Assembly: GCF_031769215.1 (NCBI RefSeq)
Contig: NW_026782003.1
Location: forward strand, 310,001 to 374,000
Length of the DNA: 64,000 nucleotides
Reading direction: 5' to 3'
Source: Ylistrum balloti
Lineage: Eukaryota
The notes beneath the pieces were generated by a model that saw only the letters and a list, made by a program, of their open reading frames with translations, had not been told where the DNA came from and made no database searches. Made by a program: the position numbers and the translations under genes. Of the stretch, positions 1 through 10,556 are shown one piece after another; the stretch's first letter is position 1, and each line of letters starts with the position of its first letter.

Positions 1-674
1 ATGTGTAGTTTCCCAACAATAATCCCAAAAAATGTTCAGAATAAACGTTTGTTCTAAAATTCACTACAGACGTTAAATATATAAATTCTATTTACATATT
101 ACGGTCCGTGCATTCGTCAGCCAGAACAGACAGACAACAATTACAAAAAAACTATGTTGGTTTTTTTATTTTATTTTATTTTGTTTTTCGTTTTTTTTTT
201 TTTTTTTTTTTGAGCGGGTATCTTTTTCAACTATAACGCGACCATTGAGATATCTCTACAGGCGTACAATTATACAAAACATCAGTCCATGTTCAAATAG
301 TAACAATATCATCATTTAATATATCATCTAGTGTAACGATTAATCTATCTACTCTCCTTTCTGTACAAAATTGAACATTCTATTAGCATTCTATTTACAC
401 AGGTTACAAAATAAGTGCTACAGATTATTCCAGTCCTGCAACATCAGACTTCAAAAGAGCGATCACCGATTGTTGTCCTTTTTAGAATGAACGTTTATTG
501 TCTTCATCTGTAACACTATGGGCTTGATGATAATATCCTTTCTGCGGTACCCAGTTTACTGAATGCTCATGTAATGTTTAAGCAATTTAGAATAGCGAAA
601 ATAATTCTACCTCTTCGCTAAGTTTTCAATTCCCTTTACAATAAAATGCAAACAAATGAGTAGGCGTTGGATAA

Positions 675-3338
675 AGTAGACATCAGATCGAGTAGACATC
701 AGATCGAGTAGACATCAGATCGAGTAGACACATTAGATCCAGTAGACATCAGATCGAGTAGACATCAGATCCAGTAGACATCAGATCGAGTAGACATCAG
801 ATCGAGTAGACATCAGATCAAATAGACATCAGATCGAGTAGACATCAGATCGAGTAGACAGATCGAGTAGACATTAGATCGAGTAGACATCAGATCGAGT
901 AGACATTAGATCGAGTAGACATCAGATCGAGTAGACATTAGATCGAGTAGACATCAGATCGAGTAGACATCAGATCGAGTAGACATCGGATCAAGTAGAC
1001 ATCAGATCGAGTAGACATCTAATCAAATAGACATTAGATCAAATAGACATTAGATCGAGTAGACATCAGATCGAGTAGACATTAGATCGAGTAGACATCA
1101 GATCGAGTAGACATCAGATCGAGTAGACATCAGATCGAGTAGACATCAGATCCAGTAGACATCAGATCAAGTAGACATCGGATCAAGTAGACATCAGATC
1201 GAGTAGACATCAGATCGAGTAGACATTATATCGAGTAGGCATCAGATCGAGTAGACATCAGATCGAGTAGACATCAGATCGAGTAGACATCAGATCCAGT
1301 AGACATCAGATCAAGTAGACATCAGATCGAGTAGACATCAGATCGAGTAGACATCAGATCGAGTAGACATCAGATCGAGTAGACATCAGATCGAGTAGAC
1401 ATTGGATCGAGTAGACATCAGATCAAGTAGACATCGAATCGAGTAGACATCAGATCAAGTAGACATCGGATCGAGTAGACATCAGATCGAGTAGACATTG
1501 GATCGAGTAGACATCAGATCGAGTAGACATCGGATCGAGTAGACATCAGATCGAGTAGACATCAGATCGAGTAGACATTAGATCTAGTAGACATTTGATC
1601 GAGTAGACATCAGATCGAGTAGACATCAGATCGAGTAGACATCAGATCCAGTAGATATCAGATCGAGTAGACATCAGATCGAGTAGGCATTGGATCGAGT
1701 AGATATCAGATCGAGTAGACATTGGGTCCAGTAGACATTAGATCGAGTAGACATCGGATCGAGTAGACATTGGATCGAGTAGACATCAGATCAAATAGAC
1801 ATTAGATCGAGTAGACATCGGATCGAATAGACATCAGATCGAGTAGACATTGGATCGAGTAGACATTGGATCGAGTAGACATCAGATCGAGTAGACATCG
1901 AGTAGACATCAGATCGAGTAGACATCAGATCGAGTAGACATCAGATCGAGTAGACATCAGATCCAGTAGACATCAGATCGAGTAGACATTAGATCTAGTA
2001 GACATTTGATCGAGTAGACATCAGATCGAGTAGACATCAGATCGAGTAGACATAGACATCAGATCGAGTAGACATCAGATCGAGTAGGCATTGGATCGAG
2101 TAGATATCAGATCGAGTAGACATTGGGTCCAGTAGACATTAGATCGAGTAGACATCGGATCGAGTAGACATTGGATCGAGTAGACATCAGATCGAGTAGA
2201 TCGAGTAGACATTAGATCGAGTAGACATTGGATCGAGTAGACATCGGATCGAGTAGACATCAGATCGAGTAGACATTGGATCGAGTAGACATTGGATCGA
2301 GTAGACATTGGATCGAGTAGACATCGGATCAAGTAGACATCAGATCGAGTAGACATTGGATCGAGTAGACATTAGATCGAGTAGACATCAGATCGAGTAG
2401 ACATCAGATCGAGTAGACATTAGATCGAGCAGACATTTGATCGAGTAGACATCAGATCGAGTAGACATCAGACCGAGTAGACATCGGATCGAGTAGACAT
2501 TGGATCGAGTAGACATCAGATCGAGTTGATCGAGTAGACATTAGATCGAGTAGACATTAGATCGAGTAGACATCAGATCGAGTAGACATTAGATCGAGTA
2601 GACATTTGATCGAGTAGACATCAGATCGAGTAGACATTGGGTCAAGAAGACTTTAGATCGAGTAGACATCGGATCGAGTAGACATTGGATCGAGTAGACA
2701 TCAGATCGAGTTGATCGAGTAGACATTAGATCGAGTAGACATTGGATCGAGTAGACATCGGAACGAGTAGACATTGGATCAAGTAGACATCAGATCGAGT
2801 AGACATTGGATCGAGTATACATCAGATCGAGTAGGCATCAGACCGAGTAGACATCGGATCGAGTAGACATTGGATCGAGTAGACATCAGATCGAGTTGAT
2901 CGAGTAGACATTAGATCGAGTAGACATTGGATCGAGTAGACATCGGATCGAGTAGACATTAGATCGAGCAGACATTTGATCGAGTAGACATCAGATCGAG
3001 TAGACATTGGGTCAAGAAGACATTAGATCGAGTAGACATCGGATCGAGTAGACATTGGATCGAGTAGACATCGGATCGAGTAGACATCGGATCGAGTAGA
3101 CATTGGATCAAGTAGACATCAGATCGAGTAGACATTGGATCGAGTAGACATCAGATCGAGTAGACATCAGACCGAGTAGACATCGGATCGAGTAGACATT
3201 GGATCGAGTAGACATCAGATCGAGTAGACATTGGATCGAGTAGACATCGGATCGAGTAGACATCAGATCGAGTAGACATCGGACTGAGTAGACATTGGAT
3301 CGAGTAGACATCAGATCGAGTAGACATTGGATCCAATA
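675..3338. repeat. 16-bp minisatellite (consensus GATCGAGTAGACATCA), ~165 copies, with higher-order blocks
   Basis: Unit read directly. Variants CATTG/CATTA/CATCG. Diagnostic variants recur at fixed spacings: GAGTTGATC at 2523, 2708 and 2893; GGGTCAAGAAGAC at 2639 and 3009. Confidence 0.97.
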
Positions 3339-5254
3339 GCTATCGGTTCAAGAAAGAATTGTCGGCAAATGCGTTGACCGTGGTCAGTGGATTCATGTTT
3401 TGAAATTGGGTCGGTGATTACTGCAAAAACTTCCAGGATGCCACCGTTTTTGACATTGTATTACACAAACCTATTGATTTGACAGGGTTTTTTTCTAAAT
3501 GTAACTTGCACTCTCTCTTTAAAATTAGGGGCCTGTGAAATACGCTAAAGTTTGGTACAGTTTTCTAGAAGACCACTGACCCAAACACTACTAAATACCT
3601 TCATATATCTCTCTGTGGTAGGAGTAACGTACGTCAAGGTCTAAGGGGTGACATACACATGTTCTGTTGCTAAAAGCTGTTGTGGTGTCTTCGGACCTTG
3701 TTGTAGTCTCGCGGGAAGTTAATCTGTACATACCTTTACAGTTCACTTGTATAACACTTTTGTTAACGTTCTCTCTCTGTAATTGTCTATATCTTGTCTA
3801 TCCCTTTACCATCCTTTTATTAGAGATATACCTGTTTCATGCTTAAATGACTGGCGGATAAGTAGCAATAATGAAATAAGAACGGTATTTCTAAGTGAAT
3901 ACAGTCACTTTATTATTAGATATTTATCAACTTATGGCACTGACACTAAATATGTCCGTTATGAAGAAATTGTTCGTTAATATTTCAAAACAACTGTCAA
4001 CAAAAATTATGGGAACTTTGAATTCCAAAATGAGAAAAAAAAAAGATGAAAAGTCTGATAACGTAAGAAATGATAAATATATGCATTGATTCAGGTGAAC
4101 TACGCTTCCGTGTGTGATCTAACTTTATTACAAAAGTATGGCTGTATATTAAATGCTTCAGTCAGATAAAAGAACACGTATATTATAATTCATTCCCGTG
4201 TGCTCGCGTCCCAAGAAGAAGAAGAAAGCGACGAGTCGGGAGTGTTTAAATATAATATGGTATGCTATATCCTGTTAATTTTTACACATCACCAAAAACA
4301 ACCCCGAAACATAGTGTCTCTGACCCCTTATTTAACTTCAGAAAAAGAAAGTTTATAGAACGAAGGACGCAATGCATTTCATCTTTTTTTCTAGGCAAAC
4401 TGACATACAGTGTACTTGATGCTGAACTATGAAAAATAACAAGACCTCACAAGTTACATCCCTCACCGCCTACCTACAATTAGTCTGGATATCAAATATG
4501 TGGATTGGGACATTATTTCTTATTTTGAGCCATCAAATGTCACTTGTACATGTAACTGCATTAAAACATGTGTTTCAAGTATTGTTTATGTCATATATGA
4601 GTTTTTGTTTTTTTATTTATTCATTTTTATTTTTTGTTTATTTATTTATTTACTAATGAACTCACCGGAATTTGTGAAATATCGCCCGTTGTATTGCTTT
4701 GTTTTTATTTGCGCAACGGGCAATTCGAGAGAAAATTCGTTTCTTGCAGCATTATGAAGTGTACGAGTTACCTCCCTTCGTATATTTACTATATTTTTGG
4801 GGTGTTTTTTTAAAGAGAGAGAATTGCTTTGACACACACAATATTAGATGTGATTTCATTTGATGCCTATACTAAGCAAACTATTGGATGGTTTCGGTGT
4901 CTGTAGTAGCCTACAGTAAAATGTAGTCAGTGGCGTAGCGAGGCCTTCATTCAATTGCATGCTTGGGGGTGCAGGGGCGGCAGCTGAAGGTATTTTGATT
5001 ACAGCATTGTAATCATTCGAAATTATTAAAAAGACCAGCATATATAAAGATTATAAAGATTTTAATCTCACTTTTCACATTTGTCAAAAACAACTTTACG
5101 ATACAAAAGATGAGATAAAGAAATATACAACACAATACCAATCTAAAACGTAGATTTAAGGGAAGATTGTACCATGAAACATCAAAAAGTTACGAAAAAT
5201 TTTAAAGTGGTTATCTACCACAAAAAGACATCATTCTGATCCTCCGGTATTGGT

Positions 5255-8200
5255 TTAAACGAATTGCAACTTTCGAGACTTTGCTGCCGCGAAGTCATCA
5301 ATGACAGTATCTATGTCAACCTGAGTGTCCCGATGGGTATGGAGGACAGCAAGAGCAGACAGCCGTTCTGTCGTCATTGTTGTCCGGAGGTAGGTCTTAA
5401 TTCGTCTCATCGAGCTGAAAGATCGTTCGGCTGATGCAGTCGATGTCGGCATTGAGAGAAGTACACTAAAGATATTTCTAATGTTTGGGTATAGATCTCG
5501 ACTTGTCCGATCCAGGATTTCGCAGAGACCTCTTGGTCGGTCCTTTAGTGGAATGGCTACCCATCTGGTTCTCCATCGCCGAACTTCCGTCAGGTAAGAC
5601 GCCTTGTCGGACAGGTCTACTTCAAAGGCATCAAACACTGCGTTGACAATATCGTCAGTGAGTTGCTGAAGATTACGTGGGAAGAGCGTCTCTGCTTTGA
5701 ATCTACCCTCGCTATCCAATAGCCGTGTCTCCAGCTCTGTGATCAAATGGTCAAGAAAAACCAAGAACAGACTAACTTTCCAATATTGCCTTGGGTCGGG
5801 TATCTGGTAGTTTGCACGTTGCTGCTGTCGTCCAGTTTGTCTCGGGACGCAAGGTTGAATACCGTATTCTGCGGCTACGCCGACAGCCTGGTCAAACAGC
5901 TCATTCCAAACATCATCATCCGCTCGTTCATTTCTGAGCATACTTATTACAGTCCTGCATTCAGTGGCGGCTTCCATAAGGTCGCAGTCTACTGACTGTA
6001 GATGGTTGGAAAGCGCAACAGTGCCGCTGAGGATGTGTTCAGTAACGACCAGCCCAATGATAAACTCGAACCTCAAAATTGCTGCCAATCTTCCACCCGC
6101 TTTGTCATCTCCGTCGTTCTTCAACGCCTCCAAACTACTAACGATGACACTGAATGAAGCCTTGAACGTGTGTAAGGCATCAGCACGACTAGACCATCTC
6201 GTTTCGCACAGTGTTCTCAGTTTGGTCCTAGACTCCATTTGATCTTTGGCGTTTTGGTCACCGAGGAGCTCATTTTTGAAGTACTGCAAGCGCTTTGCTG
6301 AATAATCGAAAGCAAAAGCGATATCCTGCACCGTTCCCATGATGGTCCGTACACAGGCTTGGGAAGAGGAATGAACAAGGGCAAGATTTAACTGGTGCGA
6401 CTTGCAATGCACATAGGTGGCATGCGGAGCTGTTTGTCTTATAATTGCCTGTACACCGCGAAATTTTCCAGACATGTTCGATGCCCCATCATACCCCTGA
6501 GCCCTTAATTTTGCAATGTCCAGGCCAAAGTTCCGAAGAGCTTGTATGATTTCAGGAGCCAAGTCCTCCCCCTTAATGCTCTTAACATGTATGAAACACA
6601 AAAAGTCTTCTTTAACACATATTTCACCGTTTTCTGTCGTATCAAGGTAACGCACACAGACAGACAATTACTCTTTGGTAGATTTGTCTGTACATTCGTC
6701 TGCAAGAACGGCGATGTACGGTGACTCCTTAATTCGAAGTGTAATTGCTTTGGTGACATGAGACGCCAGTATTTCAATTAATTCGTTCTGGATATCTGGA
6801 GATGTGTACTTTAACTGCGCGTTAGGGTTGGAGATGTGATCTTGGACCACAAGATCATCTGCACACAGAACATTCGAAATTGCCCAAAAATTGCTCTTTT
6901 CTTCAGTGTGCCCCCTGATTGCAATGTTTTGCCGACCACACAGCAGCAACACCTCGATTATCTTTTTCAATATGTGTCTGTTTTTGTTGACATCTGCTTT
7001 GTGAGAAGAGTCGAGTTTTGATACAATTGAGTCATCCTTTCCAGTCATAATATCAATAAAATGATCCGCCGAAATCTGACAGCCATGGTGAGGTGAGTTC
7101 TCTGCTTCATGACGCTTGACGTAAGTGGAAAGGTTGATCCAGTCATCTACTGGAGATCTGAATGGCCTCTCCTTTCCAGACTTATCTCCAAATATGAAGC
7201 AGTGCACGCAATAAACTGAATCCTTGGAGACGGAATAGCGCATCCATGGATGTTCTTTCAACCAGGTGTAGTTGAATATTCTCTCGCGGCCATGTACTTT
7301 TCTGAAATAGAAAGACACTGGTATGTAAGTACATGTAAACACAAAAGTACCGAGCATAAGTCAAAAGGGACATTCCGAATACGACATCATCAATATGAAA
7401 TCACATTCACTGAGAATTAGCTTATATTCTCATTAATACCTAGTATGTGATAAATAGAATCTTACACTAGTGACTATGTAGCATGCAATATGAAACTTAT
7501 CAAACTAGTTGATTAACTCGATATGCTCACAAATCTTTATGCAAGTGGCATGTAGAATTATTGAGCGATTTTCATGTACAAATACATGATGTAACAACGT
7601 AAAATCATCTATTTGAAAAACGCTTTTAAAATTGCATATATAGTACGGAAGTAGCATGTATTATATCATGAACCATATATGTTTCATCAGACGGGTTCTA
7701 TATACGTTAACTCACTTTTCTGCTGAATTTTAGTTTCAACTCGTACGTAAAGCCCTTTTCAAAATCCTTAAAGCCCTTTTCAAAATCCTTACAGCCCTTT
7801 TCAAAATCCATATAGTTTAGATATGTTTTTTCCTGAATTTAAAATCTAAATTCACCCTTTCTATTTATCTATTGAAATCATATTTTTAAAAAGCTACACA
7901 AAAAGAGCATTGATTTTTTTATCGATAAGCGTCCATAAGTATGAGGAAACTGTATTGTTACAATACATGTAGTTTAGACACATATTTTGTTGTACTTTAT
8001 GATCCTTAATGAATGCAAAAGCTCATAAAATCATCGTTACCTTTTATTATGCATAGGGTAGTGGAAAAAGAGCTAACAATACCCTTGAATAACAGAAACA
8101 ATATGTCTTAGGGTAATGGTAACGAAACTGTCAATGAACTGGGATTGCCGGTGACCAGACGGCTTAATCGCTTAAACTGACGGTCTAGTGTTCAGAAGAT

Positions 8201-8915
8201 CCTGAGTTCAATGCTGCATATTTTTGTTCTCTTAATTCCAAGAAGTATTCTTATATGACCCAAATTGTTAATAAGACGAAAAAGAAACAAGTTGGCATAT
8301 TTAACAAATGGCGAATGCTGTTAAATTGATTATTTGAAACAAAATGTAGAAAACAGCCGTATATTACATTTCAACCACAAACATACCGATATGAGGCACA
8401 GAACACTAATACAAACACGCATAAGATTATGTGTTTTTAGTGTAACGTGTGTATGCGCATTTTGCCTCCTATCTGTAATATCTCTAATATAGATGTTATA
8501 GTATAGACACTTGTAACACAATTCTATTAGTTGACGATTTATTTCTTTGTGATGATATTAGATATATCTAGGCCATTATTTACAGTAATTGTGAAATACT
8601 ATAGGAATGGGGAAAGACCGGGCTCGAACCCGGAACCTTCTGAACTCTAAAACTCTCATTTGCGAATAACCAATACCTTTGTGGAAAGGGAAAACCGAGC
8701 CACTGATCCCAGGACTCTAACAAAACTTTCTTCTTTATTTGATCTGTTAACTGTTCGCAAGCTAGGTCAACACAACATGGTCCTTCTTTTAGTTCTTGCT
8801 GAAGTTTGACTGGGTCTGATTTGTCATCGGGAAGCGATTCGGCTATATTTGACGAAGACTCTTCAACATCAGACTTTGGAACCTTTTTGAAAAAATCTTC
8901 TATCTTTTTCGACAT
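5255..8915 (-). pseudogene. hAT transposase (TTF-type Zn finger, DDE core, hATC dimerisation domain; ZMYM1/THAP12-like family), 2 exons, ~760 codons, one in-frame stop
   Basis: Exon 1 is 8915-8677 (MSKKIEDFFKK...FPFPQ, donor AG|GTATTG). Exon 2 is 7301-5255 (acceptor TTTCAG|); the phases join as PQ-R-KVHG. Motifs: WLKEHPWMRYS..VYCVHC, ADECTD, GYDGA, HCKSH, TRWSSR, SAERSFS. ORFs 6668-7357 and 5255-6667 are in the same frame, separated only by TAA at 6670-6668 (KE*LSVCVRY, where EQL is expected). Confidence 0.92.
7748..7809. repeat. 3 x 21-bp tandem repeat in the transposase intron
   Basis: TAAAGCCCTTTTCAAAATCCT three times, the third copy with two changes. Confidence 0.9.
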
Positions 8916-9321
8916 GATCTCGAAAATGTAAGCGCTTGTTAACTTGGTTACGGAAGTGTGTCTGGTATTATAAAAGTAAACTTGAAACCTGGAAAGTTTC
9001 CGGAATATATCGTCGCAACGGTATATAAAACAAATCGCGAGAAAAGAATCATGCACATTATGGAAATAGATTAATAAACAAGAAAAAGAAAACATGTTTT
9101 CTCGAATTTTATTCTTGCATGCTTGAGCATGCAAGCATGCACGGACGCTACGCCACTGGTAGTGAAATAACTTTCTAGCTAGATATCTACTCAATGTTAG
9201 TGTATTGAAATAGATTATCAAAGAACAGTTGTTACAAATGCATAAGCAGAACGATAACTCTGAGCGAACATACGTCATAGTCGGGATGGAGATAAGCGTT
9301 TGAGTGACACAGATGAGTTCC

Positions 9322-9342
9322 GGAACTGAAAGTGGAATTCCC
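9322..9342 (+). promoter_or_regulatory. Putative ETS-IRF composite element abutting a kappaB-like site
   Basis: GGAACTGAAAGT fits GGAAnnGAAA and is followed directly by GGAATTCCC (reverse complement GGGAATTCC). It lies ~1.2 kb upstream of the STAND-ankyrin start codon. Motif match only. Confidence 0.4.
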
Positions 9343-10556
9343 AATAGTTAGATTGCTGTACGGAAAGGTAGGCAGCTATTACAGATTTTATTACTTGATA
9401 ACAGAAACTTTATTATTTGCTTCGTGTAATGTCATGGGTTTAACAGACCTAAACCCAGACGATATGTATCTTTCACTAGCGTTAGTGTGTGGATCGGCGG
9501 AACATGCTTGTCCTAGCCCCTTCCTCATGTTCATCCCGGTCGAATGAAATCGTCTCTGAGTTGTACATGTACAGATACTTTTAGAGAGTGGACGAGGAGG
9601 AAAAGTATAAGATACAATTGAGGCTGAAATGTTAAGGTCGGTGGCCCCAGGTAGACTAGTTGCTTCACTTCTTATTCCGATTCGTGCACCATAGTTGTAA
9701 CAGGAAGTAAATTAAATTGTTGGAAAATGGCTTTAATCTTTTATTTGACCAACTTCTAGCATTGGACTTTTTTAAGAAATCTGCCTTATACTTTCAGTAT
9801 TGTCCTCAAGAGAAGTACCTTAGCAACAAGAAACTTAGAAATTATTGATGCTATTAACCGAATCAAGCTGACAACTACACTAACAAAAAATGTTGTTCCC
9901 AAGAAAATTTCTTCAAAATGTTAAGTAATGCAACTTTCAGCTTATAAGTACAGCTTTAAATTTTAAAAAAAAGTGCATTAACACACTAAAACTCAAGATA
10001 TTACATTGGAATTTATTTTACATTGAATCCCTACTTTCAATCAAACATCAGACAGGTACATGCTTTACATTAGTAAGGTAGGCATGTAACCATAGACAAC
10101 ACTTGAGGGGCAATACATCAAATGTACATGATGTGGAATTTTGTTTCGGCTGTACAACATAAAATGTTTTTTTTTTTTTGTTTTTCTTTCATGTTTTAAG
10201 CATAGAACATGGTTTCAAAAGAAAAACCATTCATGGATATCACATAACTCCACCCATAATTCTTTTACCTGAAGTCTTGTTAATACACTGTTTCATTATA
10301 TTTTCATGACTTGTCTTTAAACATGAAAACAGAAAAGTGTCTATACAACCAACACTTTTTTTATTACATGAACATGTTGTATTTATGATGGCATACATAT
10401 GGACAGTGAACTAATGAGTATCTCATATATTTTTATGTATAGTTTCAGATTCCATCAAGTCTGATCATTTTTATTATATATTAATATGTCCTTATTTTAC
10501 TCATTTTTTTCAGATGTCATGTTGAATACTTAGCTAGCCAACAAAGATTTGTAGAA

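Larger units (their letters stand above)
4928..9158 (-). mobile_element. hAT-superfamily DNA transposon, 4231 bp, full length, 5-bp target-site duplication
   Basis: Perfect 13-bp TIRs: CAGTGGCGTAGCG (4928-4940) and its reverse complement CGCTACGCCACTG (9146-9158). Both ends share a subterminal TGCATGCTT motif. Flanking direct repeat GTAGT at 4923-4927 and 9159-9163. Encloses a hAT transposase gene. Confidence 0.93.

Noticed and set aside
420-660. Possible LINE 3' remnant on the - strand (TIGDRSF, WNNL-like)
   Set aside because: Only two short motif-like matches in different frames with stops; not enough to call.
675-3338. ORFs MSTRSDVYSIQCLLD... (2075-3336), and a possible CRISPR reading of this or other arrays
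   Set aside because: The ORFs are translations of the 16-bp repeat. All arrays are head-to-tail units without unique spacers, and there are no cas genes.
4920-9166. Canonical 8-bp hAT TSD
   Set aside because: The flanks AATGTAGT and GTAGTGAA match only over GTAGT.
8580-9344. 254-aa ORF as a stand-alone gene
   Set aside because: It runs across the transposon TIR; only 8915-8677 is supported, as transposase exon 1.
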